This document shows, in pieces, positions 1 to 11,500 of a stretch of DNA of 34,797 bases. The first letter of the stretch is position 1. Every line of letters begins with the position of its first letter. The notes below the pieces were generated by a model that saw only the letters and a list, made by a program, of their open reading frames with translations, was not told the origin of the DNA and did not search any database. The stretch lies in IMG/VR virus record IMGVR_UViG_3300032218_003035, positions 1 to 34,797 of that record; one strand, written 5' to 3'. Both the position numbers and the translations under genes were made by a program. Source of the DNA: a virus (taxonomy: Duplodnaviria; Caudoviricetes).

Positions 1-1097
1 ACAAGACCCTGAATACCTTGAGTACCCTGAGGACCTTGAATACCTTGAGTACCTTGGGCACCTTGAGAACCTACAAGACCCTGAATACCTTGAGTACCCT
101 GAGGACCTTGAATACCTTGAGTACCTTGGGCACCTTGAGAACCTACAAGACCCTGAATACCTTGAGTACCTTGAGTACCTTGAATACCTTGAAGACCCTG
201 AATACCTTGAGTACCTTGAGCACCTTGAGAACCTTCAAGACCCTGAATGCCCTGAATACCTTGAAGACCCTGAATACCTTGAGTACCTTGAGCACCTTGA
301 GAACCTACAAGACCCTGAATACCTTGAGTACCTTGAAGACCCTGAGAACCTTGAAGACCCTGAATACCTTGAGTGCCTTGTGCAGCAGTATCACCTTTAA
401 GACCCTGAATACCCTGAGTACCTTGAGCACCTTGAATACCTTGAGTGCCCTGTGAACCTTGAATGCCTTGTGCAGCAACCTCACCTTTGATACCTTGTGA
501 ACCTTGAAGACCCTGAATACCTTGAGTACCTTGAGAACCTACAAGACCTTGAATTCCTTGAGTACCTTGAATACCCTGAATGCCTTGAGTACCTTGAGTA
601 CCCAAAAGACCTTGAGTACCCTGAGCACCTTGAGAACCTACAAGACCCTGAATGCCTTGAGTACCTTGAAGACCCTGAATGCCTTGAATACCTTCAAGAC
701 CCTGAATACCTCGAATACCCTGAGGACCTTGAATACCTTGAATACCTTGAATACCTTGAATGCCTTGGGCAGCAACCTCACCTTTGATGCCTTGAATACC
801 GCTAGTACCTTGAATACCTTCAAAACCCTGAATACCTCGAATACCCTGAGGACCTTGAATACCCTGAATACCTTGAGTACCTTGAGAACCTACAAAACCC
901 TGAATACCCACAAGACCCTGAATGCCTTGAGTACCTTGAAGACCTTGAAGACCCTGAATGCCTTGAGTACCTTGAAGACCTTGAAGACCCTGAATGCCTT
1001 GAGTACCTTGAAGACCCTGAATGCCTTGAATACCTTGTGCAGCAATATCACCTTTAACACCCTGAATACCCTGAGTGCCTTGAATACCTTGAGGACC
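1..1097. repeat. Degenerate 9-bp coding tandem repeat (e.g. TACCTTGAR) encoding G-X-Q triplets
   Basis: Seen directly. Includes a perfect 72-bp tandem duplication (1-72 = 73-144). Confidence 0.95.
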
Positions 1098-1559
1098 AAC
1101 AATATTCCCTACTTCAAACCAGTTATTGTTTACAACTCCCCATACCCACAATGATCCTGTACTAGCAACAATATACCCATCACCATAACTACCAGTATAA
1201 GTATCTGGACCGGTTGGGTTATATCCAGGTAAATTTGATGGAGTTGAAACAGTTCCGAGAATTCTTACCGATGTGCCTGCTATACCTTGAATTCCCTGAA
1301 TTCCTTGAATTCCCTGAATTCCTTGAGTACCTTGAGTACCTTGAATACCTCGAATACCTTGAGGGCCTTGGGGTCCTTGCACACCAGCTTGCCAGCTCCT
1401 AATCCCAGCTGAATCGGATGTTAAAAAATACTGTGTAACATTATCGGGAGGCAAACCAAGATTTGGCTCAGCTTCATTTAATCCCAAATATTCAAATCGG
1501 GATTGTTGAGCTTCTGCTGCTGGTTTAATTCGTACTCTACGACTTAGTAGTTCTGCCAT
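1..1559 (-). CDS. Collagen-like (Gly-X-Gln) tail fibre protein, 3' end outside the window
   Basis: Hand translation from ATG at 1559: MAELLSRRVRIKPAAEAQQSRFEYLGLNEAEPNLGLPP...GVQGPQGPQGIRGIQGTQG...SLWVWG...GNIVGPQGIQGTQG. The frame is still in G-X-Y register at the left edge. It is absent from the ORF track because there is no stop codon in the window, and it starts 6 bp after the previous stop. Confidence 0.92.
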   Translation of the reverse strand, partial: MAELLSRRVRIKPAAEAQQSRFEYLGLNEAEPNLGLPPDNVTQYFLTSDSAGIRSWQAGVQGPQGPQGIRGIQGTQGTQGIQGIQGIQGIQGIAGTSVRILGTVSTPSNLPGYNPTGPDTYTGSYGDGYIVASTGSLWVWGVVNNNWFEVGNIVGPQGIQGTQGIQGVKGDIAAQGIQGIQGLQGTQGIQGLQGLQGTQGIQGLQGLQGTQGIQGLVGIQGFVGSQGTQGIQGIQGPQGIRGIQGFEGIQGTSGIQGIKGEVAAQGIQGIQGIQGIQGPQGIRGIQGLEGIQGIQGLQGTQGIQGLVGSQGAQGTQGLLGTQGTQGIQGIQGTQGIQGLVGSQGTQGIQGLQGSQGIKGEVAAQGIQGSQGTQGIQGAQGTQGIQGLKGDTAAQGTQGIQGLQGSQGLQGTQGIQGLVGSQGAQGTQGIQGLQGIQGIQGLEGSQGAQGTQGIQGLQGIQGTQGTQGIQGLVGSQGAQGTQGIQGPQGTQGIQGLVGSQGAQGTQGIQGPQGTQGIQGL

Positions 1560-1565
1560 TTAATG

Positions 1566-1898
1566 TCAAGCTGATGTTTCTAAAATACTAGCTAAAAATT
1601 TTAAATTGGATGCATTAGATCCCATTATCTTAATGCTTTCGTTAGTTTCAAGTACCAACTTTCCCGTCAATAAATTTAAAGTATCTTTGGGAGGAATTGT
1701 ATAATCATAAACAATTTCAGTGTCAACATTTCCTCTAGCATGACTAAAAGTAACGGTGTAATTTTGACCACCCACATTTGTAACTTGAGCCATCAAAAAT
1801 ACTGCTTTAAACCCCAACGGGCATGTATATACAATAGTTTCTTGTGTACTTACTACACTAGTTACAGTTTTAAAATTATTTAACGGTAATGCAGCCAT
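1566..1898 (-). CDS. Small conserved virion-associated beta-rich protein (110 aa)
   Basis: ORF tightly packed between two fibre genes. The pattern VYTCP...VTNV...IPP.DTL......KLVLET.ESI...ASILET is typical of cyanophage tail-fibre neighbour genes. Confidence 0.8.
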   Translation of the reverse strand: MAALPLNNFKTVTSVVSTQETIVYTCPLGFKAVFLMAQVTNVGGQNYTVTFSHARGNVDTEIVYDYTIPPKDTLNLLTGKLVLETNESIKIMGSNASNLKFLASILETSA

Positions 1899-1907
1899 TT
1901 TATTTAA

Positions 1908-4900
1908 TTAAGATAGGGCTAGAATGAATGGGGTTACTGTTACAAAAAGGCTTCTTTCGAAGGAATCACCAGATAATGTACCGGTATTTTGATTAATTTG
2001 AATACCTTGACCAATTCTAAAATTACCTAAGTGATCCGTACTGGTAAAAGCAACTTTACCGCCGTTCAATTCGACAACTTCACGTTCTTGGTTTGGAACA
2101 CCTCCTTTTGCTGGAATAGCTTTATTGATTTGTGTTCCCGCACCCACATATTCAAAACAATGTGAGTTAGCAATAATTTTAGTCACTTGATAAAAATAAA
2201 CTTCGGTATTGTTGGATAAATCAAATGGTACTATTTCGTCTAAAGTAATTGTAGATTTTCCATCAACAACATCAGTAGTTCCAATAACGCTATAATATTG
2301 GGGATACATTTCAGCAACGGCTGTTGCTTGAGTGGTAGGAGAACCACCAGTAATTTGTATATTTGGAGCAGTTATAAATTGAGAACCAGATGAAATCAAA
2401 GTAATTGATGTAATTACACCATTTTCAATGTTTGGTATTGCCTGAGCAATAATACCATTGGGACCAGTCGGAGAACCAATAACAACAGTAGGTGGATTGT
2501 TTGGGTTGTACCCAGATCCACCACTAGTTATATTTATCTTTTGAATAAAGTAATAAGGATTGCCATTATTTCCAAAAGTAACAACCTGACCAACATAAGG
2601 TTCGGTTCTTAAATTTTTAAGTTTAAATACACTTCCTCTTATTTGATTAATATCTATATTTGCTTTGTATTGTAAAGGACTTGTTCCATCAGCAACCAAA
2701 CCATAATTACCAAAGTCAGTATTTGAGTTTGTGATAGAACACGTAGAACCACCAGATAGATAAACCGCACGATCACAACAAATTTCAAAAATAGATACTA
2801 GCTGAGTATAACCACCATTAGTAATTACAATACCATCACCACCTTGATTGTATTGAGTATACGAATCAAGAACAAATGAAGCTGTTCCTCCAGCAAGATT
2901 GCCGTCAACACGAAGACCAGCTCCAGTTGTAGTAATACTTGTGCAATTTTGAATATATGGAGAACGAGTAATTACTCCAGCTAATCCAACATAATTTTGA
3001 AATTTAATTGTTCTATTTGTAAATGTTTGATTATTTGCAACACTTAAAGTAATTTCGTTTCCTTTAATTTTTGTAATGATAGCTCCCGTACCAATACCAT
3101 TACCAGTAACTGTCATGTTTAAAACAAGATCATTGCTTCCAGGAACAATAATTTTATTTTGGTTTTTAGTTCCAGAACACGAAGGTAAATTTACGTCATT
3201 TCCAATTTTAACTTTGGGGAACGAACCAACAACCGATGGGGCTAAATGACCAGAAAAAGTTGCTCCCGTAATATAACTACCGTTGTTACAATAAAATAAA
3301 TCGACGGTTGGATTTGCTGGAAAAATTGTAACCTCTCTTAAGTTATCACCCACAATACCGGTATTGGGAGGTAACGTAATTGGGTTTTGTTCTACATAAA
3401 CTCCAGACTTTAGAAAAATTGTTGTTTTAAATGAAGGGAATTGTTGTTCTACTGAGTTCTCTCCATTTTGAATAATATTTGCAATGATGTTAAAATAATT
3501 ATTAATAGAGGATTCTACATCAATACATGCAGGATACCCCGTGTCTAGTATTAATGTAGGATCTGCATAAGGATTAATAAAACTATATTTTGGGGTGTAG
3601 ACATCTCCTTGTGCATTTGTTTTCCAATTACGCATAGCAAGAATCATTAGCTCCTTAGCTTTTTGAAAAGCAGCTAACGTTTGCGTTTCTTCTCCATTAA
3701 TAAAAACTAATTGATTTGCCCTGTAATATGAATTCCCTGCATCTACACAATTAACATTTCCACCTTGCTTTAAATCTGATGCTACCGCATCAATAATATA
3801 ACCAATATCACGCAAGCAAATATTTTCATATTCCGCCCAAATTCCTTCATTTTCTGTTACAGAATTTAATGAAGATAAAGATTCTTGACTTATTACAGTT
3901 GAAAAAATTTGAATTAATGTATTAACTGTATTTTGAACATCTACACAAGTATTTTGATTTCCAGAAAGACCATATGTTATTACTGATCCTCCCCCATTAC
4001 GCTGTGCCTTTCCTTCAAGTAAAGTTAGATTTTTTTCATATAATTGATTTGTAATTGCTTTATTGATTAATTCTCCTGCTTTTTGGAACGCAACTAATGA
4101 TTGAATTCCTTCGCCATCAATTAAAATAAAATTACCGTTGATGTCAAAATATTTTCTTGCTGCTTTGATAGTATTTGTATTTCCTCCATTGTATAAATCA
4201 TCTGCGATACAACGAACCACAAATTCAATATCTCTACGACACTTTGATTCGTTTACAAAAAGATTTCTTTGGGTTTCTGGATAATTTTGTAGATTGGCTA
4301 TTCCATTTTGTAAAACTTCAGTAACAATAGTTGTTAAATTTATTAACGATAATCGTACATCAGAACAAACTCCATTTGGGTTAGTATCAACAGTAATAGT
4401 TAAATCTTTGTATGGTAAAAGATTTCTCATTGCATTAATCATCAAATCTTTTGCCGCATTAAATGCAGCAACCGATTCAGCAACTTCACCATTTAAATAT
4501 TGAATATTTGAACCATTATAATAATAAGAAGCAAATTTTCTGGAATAAAGATTTCCTCCCAAAAATATATCTAAAGATACTGCGTCAATAAAATAACCGA
4601 TATCTCTTCTACATTTAAATGGATCTGGATTAACAAATGAAGGAGGCAACGAAGTAAAAGCTTGTTCTATAATATAACTTCTATTTTTTTGTATCAATCT
4701 ATAAGCATCTTTATATCGTTGAGTTCCTCCTGTTAGAGAAGCACCAGGAAAAGTCCAATTGGTTCCCCATGTAGCTTCATTATAATCAATTGCAATTTGT
4801 GAAAGTGCTCTATCAGCAATTTCGTCAATGTTTCTATAAATTAAATTTCTTGCGTCTTTGTATCTACCAGATTCTGGGGCACTATTTGGAAAAGTAAATG

Positions 4901-5330
4901 TTCCTGAATTAGTTAACAACCACCCAAAAGATTCCTGTTGAATTAATTTTTTATTTGCTAAAATTTGATTTGAAGCGTCTTGTAGTTTTCCTAAAAGTCC
5001 TGAATTGGCTGCTCTTAAAGCAGATTTAATAGATGCTTTTGCGGTTTCTTGGCTTAAACCATCGTTAGCATCATTGCCATCCTTAGTAACCCATAGAACG
5101 TTTGAAATTGAAAGAGTTTTCCACAAAACTCCAGTGCCAGTTGATTTTAAAAATTGACCGGGAGTTCCTTGTCGGTTACTAACATCAGTAATAGGACCGT
5201 CAAGCTGTAAAGCCTCAATTGATTTATCTCCTCTAGAAACATCATAAAGATCTTGAGCTAACTTGTTAATTTCAAGTCTTTGCTCTTCAAATGTATTCGT
5301 TTTTAATACTTCTCTACGATCTAATGCCAT
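1908..5330 (-). CDS. Tail fibre / receptor-binding-like virion protein with beta-helix region and repeated helical modules (1140 aa)
   Basis: Beta-helix cap motif (LWVTKDGND.NDG...AKASIKSAL; IFLKSGVYVEQNPITLP...IVGDNLR), SPYIQNCTS, FEYVGAG, STDHLGNFRIG, and three C(R/L)RDI repeats. Confidence 0.8.
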   Translation of the reverse strand: MALDRREVLKTNTFEEQRLEINKLAQDLYDVSRGDKSIEALQLDGPITDVSNRQGTPGQFLKSTGTGVLWKTLSISNVLWVTKDGNDANDGLSQETAKASIKSALRAANSGLLGKLQDASNQILANKKLIQQESFGWLLTNSGTFTFPNSAPESGRYKDARNLIYRNIDEIADRALSQIAIDYNEATWGTNWTFPGASLTGGTQRYKDAYRLIQKNRSYIIEQAFTSLPPSFVNPDPFKCRRDIGYFIDAVSLDIFLGGNLYSRKFASYYYNGSNIQYLNGEVAESVAAFNAAKDLMINAMRNLLPYKDLTITVDTNPNGVCSDVRLSLINLTTIVTEVLQNGIANLQNYPETQRNLFVNESKCRRDIEFVVRCIADDLYNGGNTNTIKAARKYFDINGNFILIDGEGIQSLVAFQKAGELINKAITNQLYEKNLTLLEGKAQRNGGGSVITYGLSGNQNTCVDVQNTVNTLIQIFSTVISQESLSSLNSVTENEGIWAEYENICLRDIGYIIDAVASDLKQGGNVNCVDAGNSYYRANQLVFINGEETQTLAAFQKAKELMILAMRNWKTNAQGDVYTPKYSFINPYADPTLILDTGYPACIDVESSINNYFNIIANIIQNGENSVEQQFPSFKTTIFLKSGVYVEQNPITLPPNTGIVGDNLREVTIFPANPTVDLFYCNNGSYITGATFSGHLAPSVVGSFPKVKIGNDVNLPSCSGTKNQNKIIVPGSNDLVLNMTVTGNGIGTGAIITKIKGNEITLSVANNQTFTNRTIKFQNYVGLAGVITRSPYIQNCTSITTTGAGLRVDGNLAGGTASFVLDSYTQYNQGGDGIVITNGGYTQLVSIFEICCDRAVYLSGGSTCSITNSNTDFGNYGLVADGTSPLQYKANIDINQIRGSVFKLKNLRTEPYVGQVVTFGNNGNPYYFIQKINITSGGSGYNPNNPPTVVIGSPTGPNGIIAQAIPNIENGVITSITLISSGSQFITAPNIQITGGSPTTQATAVAEMYPQYYSVIGTTDVVDGKSTITLDEIVPFDLSNNTEVYFYQVTKIIANSHCFEYVGAGTQINKAIPAKGGVPNQEREVVELNGGKVAFTSTDHLGNFRIGQGIQINQNTGTLSGDSFERSLFVTVTPFILALS

Positions 5331-5520
5331 TTTCTACGATACTTTTTAGAAGAGATTTGATTTCAGAAATTTCATTCTTCAAATTATTTAGGTCACTAAT
5401 TACATCATTAACTGTAGTTGATAATTTATTTTTTGCAGGAATTTCTTTATTAATAATTGCACCAGTAGAAGAATCTCGATATAAATTTTCATATCCTTCT
5501 ACTTTTATATAATTATTCAT
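5314..5520 (-). CDS. Conserved cyanophage hypothetical protein with C-terminal coiled coil (68 aa)
   Basis: IKVEGYENLYRD..TGAIIN motif followed by a heptad pattern. Starts 2 bp after the VrlC-like stop and overlaps the next gene. Confidence 0.85.
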   Translation of the reverse strand: MNNYIKVEGYENLYRDSSTGAIINKEIPAKNKLSTTVNDVISDLNNLKNEISEIKSLLKSIVENGIRS

Positions 5521-5522
5521 AA

Positions 5523-8500
5523 TTAATAAGAAGCTACTGCTCTAATGTCTTGAATTTTTGGAACATACACTGGATCTGAAGTTTGCATCACTAATTTGAT
5601 TGCAAAAGAACCAAATTCTGATAAATTAGAAACACTATATTTTAATTCTTGATATGATGCTTGTGATTCAAATTGAGCAGAAACTGTATTGGTGTAGTTA
5701 GCTAAAACATCAATATCAGGAATTCCCGTGCCATTAAAATACGACCATTCAATATCATCAAAATTAATTTGAGAAGAAGCTTCTTTGTATCTATAAAGAA
5801 CTTTAATATTTTCTACATCTTTAATGTTTGCTGTTAAGCGAACATCAATTGATGTTCCAGAAGAATTAATTGTAACTTCTTTTGTAATATATTTTGCAAC
5901 AGAAGAACTATTTTTTGGAGAATTTTCTGGCGAATACTCAATACCATTAGTAAACGACATAGTGCCGATTTCTAAGAATTTTTCTTCTCCAGAAGGAATA
6001 TTATCATAATAGATAATATCACCAACTCTAAAAATATCTGGCAGTTGATTGGCTAATGTAGCCTCTCTAGAAAATACGCTATTAATAGTAATTTTGCTGG
6101 TGTAATTGTTGTTGATTGGTTTTTTGTCATTTTCAATTATTAATTCTTTAGATAAAGAATCCCAATTAATAATTTTGCCACTAATTGAGTTATCATATTT
6201 TTGATTAGTATTATTTGGATTGAATGCTACGATAGTAGATCCAATTTGAAAATCATATGTTTCTTGAGAAACTCCATTGTTTGCGATACTTACTGTACGA
6301 GTTTCTAAATTTCCTCCAATTTGTGATTGAGTAGAGAAGAATAATTCTTCAGTTGGAATAAAAGTACTTGGGCTTGTTAATTTAACCCAAATTTTGCCAG
6401 AGGAAAATTTAATAATTTCTCCTCTTGCTCCAGAAGCTTTTCCTTGTACAGTTTGGTTAATTAAAACAGAAATGTTTGATAATCCATTCAAAGTAAAAAC
6501 ATATATTGGTAAGAATTTTATAGTTTGATAACGCTTACCAAATCTATCTTCTTGACCGGTTGCATTTTCAACTCTGTTGGTGGAAGTTTTAATTGAAGAA
6601 ACACGAAGATCAATTATTGGTGATAAGTATGATTTTGTTGAAGAAAGATTAATTTTGTAAACTAATGAATTGGTAATTCCATTCATAATTTCATTAATAC
6701 TGGAGCACAGAATTTTTTGATTTGTAAAGAAATGCTCCTCGTTTAAAAATGTTTTTTCGTAATTATTTTGCGAATATGAAATGTAATTTGTTGTATTTGA
6801 ATCAACTGGAATTATGTTTGTTGTCTTTACAAAAGTATCAATTTTTGTATTAGGTGATTGAATGTAATTTACTTGAGCAAATAATTTTTCATATTTTCTA
6901 TTATATGAAACTAATCCAGATTTACCTCCACCAATAGAATTTGAACCAGCTCTATTTGGGCCAACAATCGTATAATAGTCAATACCTACGTCATAAATTT
7001 TAAATAAAGTAGAGTTTAATGATGCTGCGCTAAATCCACCAACGTTTTCCAATCCCTTAAAGAAAACATATGATTTACCAGAATTTTCAAACCCATTATC
7101 TCGATGTCTAATTTTAATAATTGAATTATTATTTTTGAATAGTGGCGATGTGGCGTTGGTATTGGATAATGAATATGTTTCTACAGGATCCATATCCATT
7201 TTTTCGTAACCAAGATTTTCGTTAACAAGTAATAACTCTGCAGTTCTACTAATATCAAATTCTGCACGATATAAAGTAAATTTAATATCTTCAAATAAAT
7301 CTTCAGTCCAATTATCTATGTTTTGTGATTTGTATACAGAACCCAATAAAGGTTGTGTAGTAACAGAAGTTCCTGTGGAAATTTCTTTTTCTGTTAATCT
7401 AGATGCCCATAATTCATATTCTGTGGAATCTGTTTCAACACACATTGCATATTCTGTATTATTTTGTAAATACACTGGATGCTCAAAAACAAAACGAGAT
7501 GGAGTTGTTGAGGCAGTAACTCCCGGTCTATCAACACAAACACCCATTCTGACTGCAGGAGAATCTATTTCAATTATTGATTCAATAACAGCACCACTAG
7601 CAGCACTGCCGGTGCCTCTAATTACAACTGATGGTGGTTCAGTATATCCACTACCAACCAGTACAATATCAGCATTATAAATGTTGCCATTAGATACATT
7701 AACTACGCCAGATGCTGTACTACCACCAGGAAGTTGGGGGCTTTCAATTGTGATAATTGCATTTTCGTAATTTGCGCCAGTATTTTTAATTTTTAAACCA
7801 GTAAGCTTTCCAGAATCTTTAGCAATTGTTAAAATTAAATTTTGTGCGGATGTATTATTAAATAATGTTAGCGAAGGTATTTGTAAAATTTCATTTGGTG
7901 TAAATGAAATACCATTGTGGTTATTTAAAACAAGAGAATAAACTTGATTATTGGATAAAGAAATTTCTCCATTTGTTGATGGTAAAATTTGATTACCATT
8001 CTTGTCAATTACTTTTGAAATTGGTCCAGATGCTCCTGATGTTTTGCCACTAACTGTTTCTCCAGCAAAAATAGTCAATGGAGCACTTGCATAAACTTTC
8101 AAATAGGTATCGGGCAACAGAGTAGATTCTGTTCCGGGCACAATATATTTTCCTGGTTTTCCTACATCAATATTAGTTAAATATACTCTCAAAGGAATAG
8201 TAGAACTTTTCTTTTGAAAAAATAAATCTATTCCAGTAACAAAAACACCACCATCATAATTTTCAATTTTAAATGTTTGACTTAATGGGTTTGGTTTATC
8301 TTTATTGCTTGTAGTGTTATCAACTATTTGAATACCTTCATTTGCTTTAAAATATGCTGGTAGTGTTGAAACAATACTTGATGGATTTTGTGGTAGAGTA
8401 CCAGAAGAATAATACTTTATTTCTGTATATGTATTAACAAAATCTTTATTTTCGTTTGTAATACTTGAAGTAAACCGAATAGTTTTTACTCCAGTTGTTA

Positions 8501-11500
8501 AGTAAACTTCTTCGGAAGATTCGTCATAAGATACTGTTTTAACATCTCCAGTCCAAGAAGCATTCTCTATTGGAGCTTTTCCTGCAGGAATTAAGATAAT
8601 TCCACTGGCATTACCATTTTCATCAGTGATTATTGGCGAATTAAATGTTGTTAATGAGTTTCCTGCAATACTAGTATATCTAATATCGGGATTTGTCCAT
8701 CTACCAATATTAATACCTTCCATAAACACATAAATTTGTGTTTTTGGTTTTAACCTAGTAATATTAAATTTAACTGGAATAGAACGTGTAAAATATTGAA
8801 TTGATGCAATTACCGAATTACCATCAATAGTTTTATTAGTAACTCCTTTTGCCGTTTCGTTATTTTGTGGACTAATGTTAGAAGAACTTGCTACCGAAGC
8901 TATCTGAACTGTTGAGAAAGAATCTTCCGTATTAATATCAGTAAGCGATCCAATATTATAAAATGTTCTATTAGAACCAACCCAATTAATAATAAATGAA
9001 TTATAAAAACTAGAGAAAGCATCTCTGGAATCTGCTTTACTTAAGAAAATAGAAAATAGTTTTGTATTATTGTCCGTAATTAAAGGAACTACCGAGGTAT
9101 CAAACCATTGATCCACTGTAGGACTTATTGCAGCATCTCCAACATACTGAAGAACTACAAAATTATTTGGATTGATAGTTTTTGTTGCAAATTCATTACC
9201 CAACAGTTTTGTGTTTGTGTATGGCAATGTAATTACATCTCCAGTTTTTTTGTATCCTGCATTATTTCTTTCATCTGCACGAGTATACAATTCACGCAAA
9301 ATAAAATTATCTTCTTTTACTTGGGGTCTTAAAACAGATTGTTGAGTATCTATAGAACATTTATAATCTATAGACGAAATGTTTCCAATTCTATGGGTTT
9401 CAAAATTATCTACGATAAAACCGCTCTTGAATCTATCAAGACCAATTTCATCCTTAATTTGCATATTTAGAGTTTGTTGTTCTAAAATACTTAATGTGGT
9501 ATAATATTCTAATCTTTCAATTCGTTTTTCTAGTTTTCCAATATCACGCATTGTATAGCGACGATTATCAACTGGAATAATTCTTACATCTTTATTACTT
9601 GTGGTAAAAGCAGGAACGTAAATATAGTACAATGCAATAGCATCAGTAACAATTTCTGGTTTTGCTGGCGATAACGAAGAATTTCCTTCCTTAACAATAA
9701 AATTTCCTTGCTTGTCTAAAAATATACCATCAATACGATCTAAGTATTGTGTCTCACTAAATGAAAATGTATATTCTAAATTTTTATCAGATGCTGGAGT
9801 ACTAGCAAAAATACCACTAGCACCATTAAAATTAACATAATTTGATTGACTTAAAATAGAAGTATCTTGGAAACCAGAAATAATAGTATTGCTGTCAACT
9901 TTAGGTCTAAAATCAATAACATCTTTTAGAGAAATATTTCCATAAACACTAGAATTAAAAGCTGGAATTTCTTCGGAAGGAACACCAGCTTCTTGAAGAT
10001 AAGAATCTACTGTACAAAAATCACCTTGAGAATGATCAAAATAATCAAAACCAACTACCAATTGACCAACCGGAGCATCAAATCCAGGTTTTAATACTAA
10101 TCTGGAAACATCATATAAAGTATCTCGTTGCCCATCATCAAAGGTAAATTTATTTGTTACATCTGTTCCAGAAACTAATACACCCCCATTATCAACAACT
10201 GGTGGGTTAGTTGTGGAACCTTCATACACGTATTTAATTTTAAATACATCAGAATATGAAAAAATGTCAACTTCTTGCGTATCATAATCTTGTCCACGCA
10301 AAGGAATAATTTTATCGCCAGAAGAAACAATTACAATTCTTTTATTTCTAACTACCGTTTTAATTCTTGGTTTTGCTTTGGTAATTTCAATAGTTGCCGA
10401 TAATTTTAATTTGGGAAAAATTGAACTAATATTACCAAAGAAATTATTTGGTAAATTAATAGTGATACTGCCTGCAGTTAAGCCGCTGGCTGATTCTGAA
10501 GAAGATTGAACATTTATATAACTAGGATTAATGTATAAAATATCTCCATTTCGTACAGTTGTGGAACTTCCTCTATCTAATACTGTTACTAAGAAATTTT
10601 CTTGAGTTGGTTGAACAAAACGTTGAGTACCAAATTCTAGTTGAGCCGAAAATGTTACCAACCCACCACTAGAAGAACCAGTTGTTACAAAATCTCTTCT
10701 TGCAAAATATTTAAACTGAGAATTTTCTATACTTTTAATTAAAGATTTTACCTGCTTACTTCCTGTGGGATAAATTAAACTTGCTGTATTTGTATTATCA
10801 ATAGATGGTCTAATTCTAATAACACTGGCGTTATTAACATCATTAATTAAACAACGATCCAAATAAATTCTTGATTTTTTCGGGCCATTTGGTTCTGTAG
10901 CATATTGCACTACACTTTTAAATAAAATTCCTTCAATATCTGTAAATAATACTATATCCCCTTGAATTAAATCTTTAGAAGAATCGCCATCAAAACCAGT
11001 GCATTCAATATATTTTGTTCCTTTGTTACCAGAAAAAGTATAATTTGTTACTGATTTGGTTGAATAATATTCGCTTTCGTTTGCTTCAATATCAGCAGAA
11101 AATTTATTTGAATTAGCTGAACCATATGCTGCGTAAAATGATTTTACGTTTTCTTGGCTATAAGTCAATACAGTATTTCTGAATAATACTGGAGTTACTG
11201 AACAAGTGCTATTAATTTGAGATGCCGAAGTAATTGTTACTACCGGTGGTTGAGAATATTGAGTTAATAAACTATCTCTATCAAGTACATCAATTTTATA
11301 AACCGAACTACCCCCAACAAATACATTTACTTTAGAGTTATCATATTCTACACCATCAATATTAATTTTTGGCGAGGTATAACCAGATCCTCTAAAAGTT
11401 ACAATAAAATGGGAAATTGTATTTTCATTGGCAATTCTTAAAATATTTCCATCTTCATCTGTGATACTTTCACCTGGCAAAAATGTGCCTGATAGTGTTT

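Noticed and set aside
18-1402. Repetitive plus-strand ORFs (TLNTLS, LEYLEY) and minus-strand KVFKVL ORFs
   Set aside because: Alternative-frame shadows of the 9-bp collagen repeat; the G-X-Q frame has a proper start and operon context.
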